Positions 44,062-53,852 of a stretch of DNA of 64,000 nucleotides are shown in pieces (position 1 is the first letter of the stretch; every line of letters begins with the position of its first letter). The notes under the pieces were generated by a model, which saw only the letters and a list, made by a program, of their open reading frames with translations, had not been told where the DNA came from and did not search any database. The translations under genes and the position numbers were made by a program. Source of the DNA: an uncultured Clostridia bacterium (lineage in GTDB: Bacteria; Bacillota; Clostridia; Christensenellales; Borkfalkiaceae); contig CALVLT010000008.1 of NCBI GenBank assembly GCA_944340905.1, positions 2,173 through 66,172 on the forward strand, read 5' to 3'.

Positions 44062-45870
44062 TTATTTTTTTAAGTAGCTCTCGAGGAGCAACGTGTTGGT
44101 CGCCACAAATTCGGAAAGTTCTTCCGGTTTGAGCGGCCGGTAGTTCATGAGCGCCAGGTAGTAAACCTGCATGGCGCCGCGCGTGCGGTCCTCTTCGGGC
44201 GCCTCCTTGAGCGCCGCGACCGCCCCGTTGGACGTGTTCACGACGAGCGTCACGTCGGCGGGCGATTCCCCCATGCCGTAGAACGAGTGCATCTCGCTCA
44301 ACCTGCGCGCAAATTCGGAGACGTTCACGATCGCGGGGACGTTCGCATCCTTGAGCTTTTCCGTCTTGACGCTCACATGCTTGCCCTCGAGCGCCTTTTC
44401 AAAGATGCCCTTCAGATCGGCATCCTCCTCGCTCTCCTCCTTGAGGGCACCCGCAACGTCCGCGTCGATGCGCAGAAAGCGCACGCGCGTCGGGTTTTTA
44501 TACTCGAGATAGCTCAGAAAGTGCGGGTCGATATAGGTATCGCAGTAGATGGCGTCCAGTCCCGCATCGCGGAACATCTGAATGTACTGCGCCTGCTTGT
44601 TTTCGTCGGAGACGTAGTACACCGCCTGCGGCTCCTTCCCGTTCTTGGCGTCCTCTTCGCTGACTTCCTCCCCGTAGAAGGAGCTGACGGGACGGTACTG
44701 CCCCGCAAGGTCCTTGTAGATGATGATGCCCTCCACCTTCTTGTAGAAATCCTCGTCCTTCAGACAGCCGAATTTGACGAAGGTGGCAAGGTCGGGCCAG
44801 CAGGTCTCATAGCGTTCCCTATTGTTTTTGTACAGCTCGAGCAGCTTGTCCGCGACCTTCTTGGTGATGTGCTTTGCGATTTTTTGTACCTGCTTATCGT
44901 TCTGCAGGAAGGAACGCGACACGTTGAGCGGAATATCGGGACAGTCAATGACCCCGTTCAGCAGCATGAGAAATTCGGGGATGACCTCCTTGATATTGTC
45001 GGCAATGTACACCTGATTGCAGTACAGCTTGACCTTGCCGCGCTCCAGCTCCACCTGCTTTCTGACCTTGGGGAAGTAGAGAATGCCCTTCAGCCGGAAG
45101 GGATACTCCATGTTCAGATGGATCCAGAAGAGCGGTTCGTTGAAGTCGGAGAAGGTCTCGCGGTAGAACGTCTTATACTCCTCCTCCGTACACTCCTTGG
45201 GCTGCTTGAGATAGAGCGGACGGGTGGTGTTGACGGGTTTGTCGTCCTTTCCTGTCGGGTTGAGATAGATTTCATATGGCATGAAGGAGCAGTACTTGCG
45301 CAGCAGCTCGCGCACCTTGTCTGCCTTCAGGAACTCCTTCTCCTCCTTGGCAATGTGCATGACGATCTTTGTGCCGCGCGTCTCCTTGTCGCAGTCCCCG
45401 ATCGTATAGGTGGAATTGCCGTCGGACGCCCAATGCACGCCCGCTGCGTCCTCACGGTAGGACTTCGTAAAGATTTCAATGTTGTCCGACACCATATAGG
45501 CGGAATAAAACCCCAGCCCGAAGTGGCCGATGATGCCGTCTCCGCCCGCCTTTTCATACTTGTCCACAAAGTCGGCAGCTCCCGAAAAGGCGATCTGCGT
45601 GATATATTTTTCCACTTCCTCTTCCGTCATGCCGATGCCGTTGTCCTCCACGGTCAACGTACCCGCCTTGGGATCCGTCGTGACGGTGACGCGGTAGTGC
45701 TCTTCGGGGGCGGTCTCCCCCAGATCGGCAAGTTTTTTATGCTTGGTGATCGCGTCCTGTGCGTTTGCGACGATCTCACGCACGAAGATATCCTTGTCCG
45801 AATACAGCCACTTTTTGATGATGGGCATCATATTTTCGCTGGCAATGCGGATATTACCCTGTTTTTCCAT
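44062..45870 (-). CDS. htpG: molecular chaperone HtpG (Hsp90)
   Basis: 602 aa. The N-terminal GHKL ATPase region has ..YSDKDIFVREIVANAQDA.. and GHFGLGFYSAYMV. Confidence 0.95.
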   Translation of the reverse strand: MEKQGNIRIASENMMPIIKKWLYSDKDIFVREIVANAQDAITKHKKLADLGETAPEEHYRVTVTTDPKAGTLTVEDNGIGMTEEEVEKYITQIAFSGAADFVDKYEKAGGDGIIGHFGLGFYSAYMVSDNIEIFTKSYREDAAGVHWASDGNSTYTIGDCDKETRGTKIVMHIAKEEKEFLKADKVRELLRKYCSFMPYEIYLNPTGKDDKPVNTTRPLYLKQPKECTEEEYKTFYRETFSDFNEPLFWIHLNMEYPFRLKGILYFPKVRKQVELERGKVKLYCNQVYIADNIKEVIPEFLMLLNGVIDCPDIPLNVSRSFLQNDKQVQKIAKHITKKVADKLLELYKNNRERYETCWPDLATFVKFGCLKDEDFYKKVEGIIIYKDLAGQYRPVSSFYGEEVSEEDAKNGKEPQAVYYVSDENKQAQYIQMFRDAGLDAIYCDTYIDPHFLSYLEYKNPTRVRFLRIDADVAGALKEESEEDADLKGIFEKALEGKHVSVKTEKLKDANVPAIVNVSEFARRLSEMHSFYGMGESPADVTLVVNTSNGAVAALKEAPEEDRTRGAMQVYYLALMNYRPLKPEELSEFVATNTLLLESYLKK

Positions 45871-45913
45871 GTTCTGTTCGCTCCTTCACGGTTTATCAAA
45901 AGATATATAAACG

Positions 45914-45941
45914 AAAAAACCCGCATTTAAGCGGGTTTTTT
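45914..45941. terminator. bidirectional terminator downstream of ispH-rpsA
   Basis: A6-CCCGC-atttaa-GCGGG-T6. Confidence 0.75.
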
Positions 45942-45952
45942 CACAAATCAGA

Positions 45953-48238
45953 TTATTTGTTGTCGTCGTTTCCGAGCAGATCGGCAATGGACGCGCCGCC
46001 GAAACCGCCCTCGCTCCACTCTCTGTACTCCGCCTCGTCGGCATAGTCGCTCGCCGTGCGGCGGTTGCTCTTGCCTCTGTTGCGGGGACGGCGCTCGCCT
46101 TCCTCGTCACGGTCCCTGTCGCGGCCGCCTCTTCCTTCGTCCCAGGGACGGGGCTGCAGCGCCTTGATGGAGAGGGTGATCTTGTGTGCCTCGGGGTCGA
46201 ACGCAAGCACCTTGGCATCGATCTCCTGCCCGATCGTCAGTGCGGAAGTGGGATTCTCCAGCCACTCGTGGGTGATCTGCGAGACGTGCACCAGCCCGTC
46301 GATGCCCTTTTCCAGTTCGACGAAGGCGCCGAACGGAACGATGCGGACCACCTTGCCGTGCACGATGTCGCCCTCGGCATACCGCTCCGCTGCCGTATCC
46401 CAGGGACGGGGCTGCAGCTGCTTATAGCCGATGGAGACCTTTTTATTGTCGCGGTCCACCTTGAGGACCTTGAACTGATAGCGCTTGCCGATCTCAAGAA
46501 CGTCCGTCACTTCCTTGACGCCCGTCCAGGAGAGATCGGAGATGTGAGCGAGACAGTCAAATCCGTTGACGGAGACGAAGGCGCCGAAGGAGGTGACTCT
46601 TTCCACCTTGCCTTCCACGATATCGCCCACCTGGATGGAATCGAAGAACGCGGCCTCGCGCTCCGCCTTCGCCGCCTCTCTGGCAGCCTTTTCCGCCTCG
46701 AGGATGACGCGCTGGGAGGCAATGATCTCCTTTCTGCGCTCACGGCGGATCTCGAGCATCTTCAGGCGCAGCTTTTTGCCGACCATCTTGTCAAGTTCTC
46801 TGACAAACCCCGAGCGTATTTCGCGTGCGGGAACAAATACGGAATATGTGCCGAGTTCGGCGGTCAGTCCGCCCTTGTTGAACCCCGTGCAGACGACGGA
46901 GAATTCCTTGCCCTCTTCGATGTCCTTGAGCAGAGCCTCCTCTTCCTTGACCTTGCGAACCTGCTTTTCGGACAGCTTGACGGGAGCTTTTGCATCGACG
47001 ACCATGACGTCGATATACTCCCCGATCTTTGCCGCATACGCCTCGCGGCTGTATTCATCGCAGTCAAGCTCGGACTTGTCGATGAGGATATCCGCCTTGC
47101 CGGAACCGGACACATAGATGCCCTCGTCCGTGACAGAGACGATCTTCACCGTCAGGAGCTGACCTCTCTTATAATGTGAGCTCTTGTCCATTTCCGCAAT
47201 GACTGCGTCCATGGCGGACTTTTCTTCAGCGGGAGCTTCTTGCGGCTGCTCGGGAGCGGGCTCCGCTTCGGGCGCGACGGGCGCAGCCTCCTGTGCGGGA
47301 GCCTCCTGCGGCTCCTGAACGGGTGCGTCCGGCGTAGCTGCCGGTTCCTCTGCGACGGGCGCAGCTGCCGTCTCTTCGGGGACTTGCGTCTCCACCTGTA
47401 CTTCCGCGTTGTTTTCTGCCATCTTTCTGAGAACCTCCGAGGTCTGCCAGTCGGGAGTGCTTGCTCCCGCTACTATGCCGACCCTTTTACAAAATTTAAC
47501 TTTTTCATAGTCGAAATCGTCCGCATTTTTCAGGCGGTACACCCGCCCGCAGTACTGCGCCGCGATTTCCGCAAGCTTGTTGGTATTGCTGCTGTTCAGC
47601 CCCCCGATCACGAGCACCGCATCCGATTCCCGCGCAAGGCGTGCCGCAGCTCTTTGCCTGCTTACAGTAGTATAGCAAATTGTCTTAAAAATCTCAACTG
47701 TTTTTGGACGTACTTTTTGAATATTTTCTGCGATTTTCAAAAATCTTTGCTCGGAAAACGTGGTCTGCGAGAGAAAAACGACCTCTTTCCTCCGCAAAAC
47801 CGAGAAATCCTCCTGTTCCGACGCGAAAACATACACTTCGGAATTTGCCCAGCCGACCAGCCCGATCACTTCGGGATGCTGCGCGTGTCCCGCGATCGCA
47901 ACCGTCTTGCCTGCGGCGGACGCCTCCTCCACGATGCGCTGGGCATGGCGCACGAAAGCGCAGGTGCAGTCGATGACACGGATGCCCCGCCGCGCGCAGC
48001 TCTCGTACACCGCCTTTCCGACGCCGTGCGAACGGATGAGCAGCGTGGCGCCGTCGGGAACTTCCTCCAGCCGTTCGACGGTCGGGATGCCCCTTGCGCG
48101 CACGCGCTGCGTCACATCCTCGTTGTGAATGAGTTCCCCGAGCACATACGTATTCTGCGCGGGAACGGACATCGCCGTCTCCACCGCACGGCGCACGCCC
48201 GTGCAGAACCCGCAGTTTGCCGCAACGACGACCCTCAT
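45953..48238 (-). CDS. ispH: fused 4-hydroxy-3-methylbut-2-enyl diphosphate reductase (IspH) / ribosomal protein S1
   Basis: 761 aa. The N-terminal IspH part (MRVVVAANCGFCTGV.., TICYTT) is joined by a Pro/Ala/Glu linker to four S1 repeats. This fusion is common in Clostridia. Confidence 0.9.
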   Translation of the reverse strand: MRVVVAANCGFCTGVRRAVETAMSVPAQNTYVLGELIHNEDVTQRVRARGIPTVERLEEVPDGATLLIRSHGVGKAVYESCARRGIRVIDCTCAFVRHAQRIVEEASAAGKTVAIAGHAQHPEVIGLVGWANSEVYVFASEQEDFSVLRRKEVVFLSQTTFSEQRFLKIAENIQKVRPKTVEIFKTICYTTVSRQRAAARLARESDAVLVIGGLNSSNTNKLAEIAAQYCGRVYRLKNADDFDYEKVKFCKRVGIVAGASTPDWQTSEVLRKMAENNAEVQVETQVPEETAAAPVAEEPAATPDAPVQEPQEAPAQEAAPVAPEAEPAPEQPQEAPAEEKSAMDAVIAEMDKSSHYKRGQLLTVKIVSVTDEGIYVSGSGKADILIDKSELDCDEYSREAYAAKIGEYIDVMVVDAKAPVKLSEKQVRKVKEEEALLKDIEEGKEFSVVCTGFNKGGLTAELGTYSVFVPAREIRSGFVRELDKMVGKKLRLKMLEIRRERRKEIIASQRVILEAEKAAREAAKAEREAAFFDSIQVGDIVEGKVERVTSFGAFVSVNGFDCLAHISDLSWTGVKEVTDVLEIGKRYQFKVLKVDRDNKKVSIGYKQLQPRPWDTAAERYAEGDIVHGKVVRIVPFGAFVELEKGIDGLVHVSQITHEWLENPTSALTIGQEIDAKVLAFDPEAHKITLSIKALQPRPWDEGRGGRDRDRDEEGERRPRNRGKSNRRTASDYADEAEYREWSEGGFGGASIADLLGNDDNK

Positions 48239-49029
48239 TTCTTCCTCTTGTTCTTCTTCGCCGCCCGCTCTTCGCGGAATGCGGCGCGCATGTCATACAG
48301 CATTCCGGCAAGTTTTTCATCCGCCTGCGCATACTCCTCGGAGGTCAGCTTTTTGCCGTAGTACTCGCTCAGCTCCACGGGACTGCCTACGACGACGTGC
48401 GTCATGTGAAAGAGCTTCGGACGGTTGCAGATAACGATGGGTATGACGGGCGTCCTCGTCTTGACGGCAAGCATCGCCGCCCCGCCGTGGAAAGGAAGAA
48501 ACTCCTCGTCGGACACCTTGTTGCGGGTCCCCTCGGGAAAGAGGGAGAGTTTTTCCCCGTTCTTCAAGACCTTCATGGAGTCCATGATGGTGCGCACGTC
48601 CGAACCGTCGCGCATCGCGCCGATCACCCCCAGCCTGCGCGCGACATAGCCGAGCACGGGGGCACGCAAAATGGATTCCTTTGCCATAAAGTGGATTCCC
48701 TCCCACGTGGTATGCGCAGGATAGAATACGTCCCACAGGCAGTAGTGGTTGCTTACATAGATACACGCGCCCTTTCCGACCTTTTTGCAGCCGTGCAGGC
48801 GGAAGGGAAACAGCAGCCAATGGATGGGATAGAATATGACGCGCAGCACGTTCATCAAATGCATGACGTGCCGCCCCTTTTTATCGGCGGGAAAGAGCAG
48901 GCGGCGCTGCTTTTCATGTCTCAGCGCCCTCTTTTTCTGCTTTTCCTGTGCCCGTTGCTGCTGTTTCAGACGTTTTTTTGTCTCTGCATCCTGCCTCTTG
49001 TCGGCAGGCGCTCCCTGTTCTTCATCCAT
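48235..49029 (-). CDS. plsC: 1-acyl-sn-glycerol-3-phosphate acyltransferase with Lys/Gln-rich N-terminal extension
   Basis: NHYCLWD (HX4D) and FPEGTR motifs. The start overlaps the cmk stop (TGATG). Confidence 0.8.
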   Translation of the reverse strand: MDEEQGAPADKRQDAETKKRLKQQQRAQEKQKKRALRHEKQRRLLFPADKKGRHVMHLMNVLRVIFYPIHWLLFPFRLHGCKKVGKGACIYVSNHYCLWDVFYPAHTTWEGIHFMAKESILRAPVLGYVARRLGVIGAMRDGSDVRTIMDSMKVLKNGEKLSLFPEGTRNKVSDEEFLPFHGGAAMLAVKTRTPVIPIVICNRPKLFHMTHVVVGSPVELSEYYGKKLTSEEYAQADEKLAGMLYDMRAAFREERAAKKNKRKK

Positions 49030-50036
49030 CAGATCTTCTCCTGCATTTTACGTTTGAGCGTTTCCAGCACCTGATCGACCGTCATGTCCGAGGTGTCGAC
49101 GAGGATCGCATCCTCCGCCTGTCTGAGCGGAGCAAATTCGCGGGTGGAGTCCTGGCGGTCGCGGGCGGCGATTTCCGCCTTGAGCGCCTCGAAATCCACC
49201 TGCTCCCCCCTTGCCGTCAGCTCGTCGTAGCGACGGCGCGCACGCACGTCGGGCGAGGCGGTCAGAAAGAATTTAAAATCGGCATCGGGCAGCACAAAGG
49301 TCCCGATGTCCCTGCCGTCCAGAACGCAGGACATCTTGCCCGCGATCTCGCGCTGCTTTTCCACCATCTTTTTACGGACGCACGCATGGCGGGAGATCGT
49401 GGACGCCGCCATCGACACCTCGGGAGTGCGCAGCAGGGCGGAGACATCCTCCCCGCCGAGCATCGTGTGCTGAACGCCGTCCCGATAGACGACGGAGAGC
49501 TGCAGCTCGCGCATGAGATCGCACACCTGCCCCGCATCCTCCACATCGACGCCGGCGCGGTTTGCGGCGAGCGCACAGGCACGGTACATGGCGCCTGTAT
49601 CCAAGTAGAGAATTTGGTAATCATTGGCGAGCAATTTTGCGATCGTCGATTTGCCGCTGCCCGCAGGACCGTCGATGGCGATGTTGAATTTCTGTGCCAG
49701 ATCCTTGCGCAGAATGCGCGCGCCGCGCAGATAGACGTGGTGCGGCGAGATGTTCTTTTCCACAAAGAGCATGACGCGGATGCACAGGGCAAGTCCTCCT
49801 TCGATCTCCGGCTCCTGCGCGGAAAAGAGCGAACAGCTTGCAAACCCGGCCTCGCGCGCCGCCTTGGCGGGATAGAAGGAATGAATGTCCGAGGTGCTGG
49901 AAAACACGATGCTGAGCACCTCGTCGCGCTTGAGGGAATTTCTGCTTTCGATCTGCGCAAGCAATTCTGCCACGGCGCTGCGAATCTCGTCTGCACTGTC
50001 GTTTGCTATGGTGGTCGCTCCACGAATAACTGTCAT
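49029..50036 (-). CDS. cmk: fusion of AroH-type chorismate mutase and cytidylate kinase
   Basis: ATG 50036 with a GGAG SD. The first ~115 aa follow the B. subtilis AroH pattern (IRGATT.., FPAKA.RE, CIRVM). They are followed without a stop by Cmk (IAIDGPAGSGKST, YLDTGAMYR). Confidence 0.8.
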   Translation of the reverse strand: MTVIRGATTIANDSADEIRSAVAELLAQIESRNSLKRDEVLSIVFSSTSDIHSFYPAKAAREAGFASCSLFSAQEPEIEGGLALCIRVMLFVEKNISPHHVYLRGARILRKDLAQKFNIAIDGPAGSGKSTIAKLLANDYQILYLDTGAMYRACALAANRAGVDVEDAGQVCDLMRELQLSVVYRDGVQHTMLGGEDVSALLRTPEVSMAASTISRHACVRKKMVEKQREIAGKMSCVLDGRDIGTFVLPDADFKFFLTASPDVRARRRYDELTARGEQVDFEALKAEIAARDRQDSTREFAPLRQAEDAILVDTSDMTVDQVLETLKRKMQEKI

Positions 50037-50075
50037 ATGTATCGCTCCGATCCTTTGTAATGTATTGACACCAAC

Positions 50076-50104
50076 ATCATATTGGATTTGTCCGAAAAAG
50101 TCAA
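50076..50104 (-). promoter_or_regulatory. aroH-cmk promoter
   Basis: - strand TTGACT-N17-TATGAT, giving a ~35-nt leader. Confidence 0.45.
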
Positions 50105-50123
50105 ATGTCAGGGGCAATTTTCT

Positions 50124-50149
50124 TATATTATGTCTGACATAATACTATG
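50124..50149 (-). repeat. dispersed AT-rich quasi-palindrome, copy 4 (intergenic, ~20 nt upstream of the aroH-cmk -35)
   Basis: - strand CAT AGTATTATGTC A GACATAATATA. The central 19 nt form a perfect palindrome. Confidence 0.9.
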
Positions 50150-50161
50150 ATAAAATTCGAT

Positions 50162-51379
50162 TTATGCGTTTTTGCCGGCAATGTATCCCGTACAAAAGGC
50201 GATCTGCAGATTAAATCCCCCCGTGAAGGCATCGCAGTCGAGCACCTCTCCGCAAAACAGCAGCCCACGCACGCGCTTGCTGCGCATGGTGGCAGGGTCC
50301 ACTTCCTGCAGCGACACCCCTCCCGAGGTGATGACCGCCTCGCCAAAGCCACGCAGCGCCTTGGGTGTGAGCGGGAACGCCCTCAAAGCGCTTAAGAGGG
50401 CGCGGCGCTCCTCCCGCGTGACGGAATTCGCCTGCTTGAAGGCAGAAACGCCCGCTGCTTGCAGCACAATCTGCACGGCGCCTGCGGGCAGCAGGCCGCG
50501 CATGACGTTCTTCATCGTCTCATTTTTACGTTCGCTCAGATCGCGCAGCAGACGCTGTTCCAGCATCCCGTCGTCCAGCGCCGGTTTGAAGTCGAGCGAG
50601 AGCGTGATTTCAGAGAGCGGGTCGCGATTGATCAGCGCAGAGAGCGTGAGCACGAGCGGACCGCTGATGCCGTAGTGGGTGAACAGCAGTTCCCCCATCT
50701 CCGAAAAGAATTTCTTTCCCCCGCGCTTAGCCGTGAGAACGACGTTCTTCAGCGAGACGCCCTGTGCCACGCCGATATCCTCCCGCAGCTCGAGACCCAC
50801 GAGCGAGGGCGTACGCGGCGTACAGGTATGCCCGAGGCTCATGGCGAACTTGTAGCCGTCCCCCGTCGAGCCCGTCGAAGGATAGGAACAGCCGCCCGTG
50901 GCGATGATGACGGACGAACAGGGATAGGCGGCCCTGCTTGTATGTACCATGCAGACCGCGCCGTCGCGCTGCCCAATCCCCGTGACCTCCTCGCCCAGTC
51001 TGATCTCCGCGCCCGCATCGCGGCAGGCATGCTCGAGTGCCTTTGTCACGTCGCTCGCATGATCGGAGGCGGGAAACACGCGGTTCCCGCGCTCTACCTT
51101 GAGCATGAGGCCGTGCGTTTCAAAAAATTCCATCGTCCGGGAGGGCGGGAAGGCGTAGGCGGCGCGCGTCAAAAATTTCCCGCCATGTACGACATTGGCG
51201 AGAAATTGTTCGGCAGAGCAGTCGTTCGTCACATTGCATCTGCCCTTTCCCGTGATATAGATTTTTTTTCCGAGCTTTTCGTTCTTTTCCAGCAGAAGGA
51301 CGTCCTTGCCCTCCGCCGCGGCGGTGTAAGCCGCCATCAGTCCGGAGGCGCCGCCCCCGATGACGATAACCTGTTTCAT
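50162..51379 (-). CDS. NAD(P)/FAD-dependent oxidoreductase (HI0933/YhiN-like flavoprotein)
   Basis: VIVIGGGASGLMAA dinucleotide motif, 405 aa, with a family-typical C-terminus (GGFNLQ). Confidence 0.8.
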   Translation of the reverse strand: MKQVIVIGGGASGLMAAYTAAAEGKDVLLLEKNEKLGKKIYITGKGRCNVTNDCSAEQFLANVVHGGKFLTRAAYAFPPSRTMEFFETHGLMLKVERGNRVFPASDHASDVTKALEHACRDAGAEIRLGEEVTGIGQRDGAVCMVHTSRAAYPCSSVIIATGGCSYPSTGSTGDGYKFAMSLGHTCTPRTPSLVGLELREDIGVAQGVSLKNVVLTAKRGGKKFFSEMGELLFTHYGISGPLVLTLSALINRDPLSEITLSLDFKPALDDGMLEQRLLRDLSERKNETMKNVMRGLLPAGAVQIVLQAAGVSAFKQANSVTREERRALLSALRAFPLTPKALRGFGEAVITSGGVSLQEVDPATMRSKRVRGLLFCGEVLDCDAFTGGFNLQIAFCTGYIAGKNA

Positions 51380-52422
51380 TTGCTGTTTCCGCGCCGCTCC
51401 TCGTGCGGCACACTTCCCTTTTTTTTCACACCCTTGCTGACCACGGCGCCGTCCGCATCGATGATCTGCACCTGAAATTCATCTTTTTGGGCCTTGCGCT
51501 CGATGCGGGTCTCCCGATGGAACATGCGGTCGAACCACGCCAGGATCGCATCCGATTTCTTATACAGCAGGATAAAGAGCAGGACCACGAGGATCCCGAA
51601 TATCGCCCAGATCAGCAGTCCCCACCACGTCGTAAACGGGATCACGGCGATCGCGTAACTCGTCGTAAAGATCGCCAGCACGCGGGAGATGAGGATGACC
51701 GCCAGAAAAAACCATACGGACATGGAGGAAAGCCCTGCGATAAAACAGAGCACGTCGTCCGGGAACACCGGCAGCAGGAACATGGCGGACAAGAAAAGTT
51801 TGTCTTTTCCCTTGATCTTGCTGAGCCATTTGTCCAGCGTCTCCTGCCCGACGATCCATGCGACTACGCGGTACCCCGCATACCGCCCTATGAGAAACGC
51901 GACGAGGGAACCGATCATGATCCCGAGCAGGCTGTATAAACTTCCCACCAGTGGTCCGAACAGGGCGGAGCCTGCCACCACCGTCACCGTGCTCGGAATG
52001 GGCAGAAGAACGACCTGCGCAAACTGCAAAAGCACAAAGAGCACGGACATCCAGCTACCGGAGCGCTCCAGATACTCCTCAAACCGCTTTGCATCGCGCA
52101 GAACCTCGATAAATCCCGTTTCAAAAAGCGCATAGGCGATGGCAGCGGCAAAGATGAGCAGAATGTATGCGATGATGCAAAACCGATAGACGATCTGTTT
52201 TTTCAAAAAGTATGTGATATAATCCACGGAGAGCAGCACGGCATTGATGACCGTTCCCCCCGTCAGGACGAGGAAATAGAGCGTCTCGCTCCATGTCGCG
52301 CGGAACGTTCCGATCGCAAGCACGAACAGCGTCTGAAAGACCGCGGCGGTCAGCGCGAGACAGATGATATGCGCAATATCCCCTCTTCGTGACCGCGTTT
52401 TTTTCGTCATACCCTTTTTCAT
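51376..52422 (-). CDS. TVP38/TMEM64 (DedA-related) membrane protein with extra N-terminal helices
   Basis: ATG 52422 (the ORF-track start 52434 is a TTG). VLLPIPSTVTVVAGSALFG core, polytopic. Confidence 0.65.
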   Translation of the reverse strand: MKKGMTKKTRSRRGDIAHIICLALTAAVFQTLFVLAIGTFRATWSETLYFLVLTGGTVINAVLLSVDYITYFLKKQIVYRFCIIAYILLIFAAAIAYALFETGFIEVLRDAKRFEEYLERSGSWMSVLFVLLQFAQVVLLPIPSTVTVVAGSALFGPLVGSLYSLLGIMIGSLVAFLIGRYAGYRVVAWIVGQETLDKWLSKIKGKDKLFLSAMFLLPVFPDDVLCFIAGLSSMSVWFFLAVILISRVLAIFTTSYAIAVIPFTTWWGLLIWAIFGILVVLLFILLYKKSDAILAWFDRMFHRETRIERKAQKDEFQVQIIDADGAVVSKGVKKKGSVPHEERRGNSK

Positions 52423-52460
52423 GTTACAGCTCAATCTATTATATCCTGTCAGCCAAAAAA

Positions 52461-52901
52461 TTAGTCACTCCCGCGCAAAATGGCGGCGCGGGCAAGTTCA
52501 TCGCAGCGGTTGTTCAGCGCGTTGTCCGCATGCCCCTTGACCTTGTGAAAAGTCACGCGGTGCACCCTGGTCAGGGCAAGCAGCTCCTGCCACAAATCCG
52601 CGTTCAGGACAGGCTTTTTATCCGCTTTGCGCCAGTTTCCCCTCTCCCAGCCGCGCACCCACCCCTGGGTGAAGGCGTTCACCGTATAGGCGGAATCGCT
52701 GTAAATATCTACGATGCACGGCTGTTTGAGCGCGCGCAGCCCCTCGATGACCGCAGTCAGTTCCATGCGGTTGTTGGTCGTTTCGCGCTCGCCGCCCGAA
52801 AGCTCCTTGCGGTGTTCTCCGTACAGGAGAACCGCGCCCCACCCGCCCGGGCCGGGGTTTCCCGAACACGCGCCGTCCGTATACAGCGTGACCTGTTTCA
52901 T
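52461..52901 (-). CDS. rnhA: ribonuclease HI
   Basis: 146 aa with [23 protein letters not shown] and KVKGHAD. Confidence 0.9.
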   Translation of the reverse strand: MKQVTLYTDGACSGNPGPGGWGAVLLYGEHRKELSGGERETTNNRMELTAVIEGLRALKQPCIVDIYSDSAYTVNAFTQGWVRGWERGNWRKADKKPVLNADLWQELLALTRVHRVTFHKVKGHADNALNNRCDELARAAILRGSD

Positions 52902-53695
52902 CTGGACAGTTCCCGTGCGCGCCTTACCGCGGCGTCGACCGCATGCAGAACGCTGCGTTCAAAGCCGTCTTTTTCAAAACTCTCCAGCGCGGCGACCGTC
53001 GTACCGCCCTTGGAGGAGACCGCGGCAATCAGCTCGTCGAGCGACTTTCCCGACGTGCGCGCCATCTTCAGCCCCCCTTCCATGGTCTGAAGGGCAAGTG
53101 TCTGTGCCTGCTGCGCGCTCAGTCCCTGCTCCTCGCCCGCGGCAATGAGCGCTCGCAGGAACAGGTAGATGTAGGCAGGCCCGCTGCCCGAGAGCGCAGT
53201 CACGGCATCGAGAAGGGATTCCTCCGTCTCAATGACCTCTCCTACGCTGAGGAACAGCCCGAGAACAAATCCGCGCGCCTCCTCGCTGAGCTCGGACGCA
53301 TCGACGGCGGTCATTCCCGCGCCGACGCTGCACGGAAGATTGGGCATGACGCGGGCAATGTGCTCCGCGCCCGTCAGGCTGCGGATCGCGGCCTTGGTCT
53401 TTCCCGCCATGATGCTGATGACGGTGGGATAGGTCTCCCCGCGAAGTACCTGTGCAACGGCGGGGAAGTTCTGCGGCTTGACGGCAAGGAGCAGATATTC
53501 ACAGCCGCGCACGGCGTCGCGGTTGTCCTCCGAAACCGCTGCCCCGCAGGACGTGAAATATGCGCGGCTCTCCTGCGCGGGATCGCAGACGAGAACGTCC
53601 TGCGCGTTCAGAACACCCTTCGCGATCGCACCCGACAAAATGGCGCGCGCCATAAAACCGCCGCCGATCACCCCCAAGAGCCATTTCTTTTTCAT
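52898..53695 (-). CDS. proC: pyrroline-5-carboxylate reductase
   Basis: 265 aa with GVIGGGFMA Rossmann motif and a C-terminal GGTT.A motif. Confidence 0.9.
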   Translation of the reverse strand: MKKKWLLGVIGGGFMARAILSGAIAKGVLNAQDVLVCDPAQESRAYFTSCGAAVSEDNRDAVRGCEYLLLAVKPQNFPAVAQVLRGETYPTVISIMAGKTKAAIRSLTGAEHIARVMPNLPCSVGAGMTAVDASELSEEARGFVLGLFLSVGEVIETEESLLDAVTALSGSGPAYIYLFLRALIAAGEEQGLSAQQAQTLALQTMEGGLKMARTSGKSLDELIAAVSSKGGTTVAALESFEKDGFERSVLHAVDAAVRRARELSR

Positions 53696-53735
53696 AGGAA
53701 AAACTCCTTTTTTTGCGTTTTTATCGGGAAATTTC

Positions 53736-53764
53736 TTGACGAAAGAGGAAGAATGGAGTATAAT
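53736..53764 (+). promoter_or_regulatory. tRNA-Trp promoter
   Basis: TTGACG-N17-TATAAT, 13 nt upstream of the tRNA 5' end. Confidence 0.55.
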
Positions 53765-53777
53765 ATTCCTTGCACAC

Positions 53778-53852
53778 AGGGGAGTGGCTCAACGGTAGAG
53801 TAGCGGTCTCCAAAACCGTAGGTTGCGTGTTCGAATCGCGTCTCCCCTGCCA
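53778..53852 (+). tRNA. trnW: tRNA-Trp (anticodon CCA), CCA-3' encoded
   Basis: The cloverleaf is readable. The acceptor stem AGGGGAG/CTCCCCT has 7 perfect pairs, the anticodon loop is CTCCAAA, the T-loop is TTCGAAT, and the discriminator G is followed by CCA. Confidence 0.9.
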
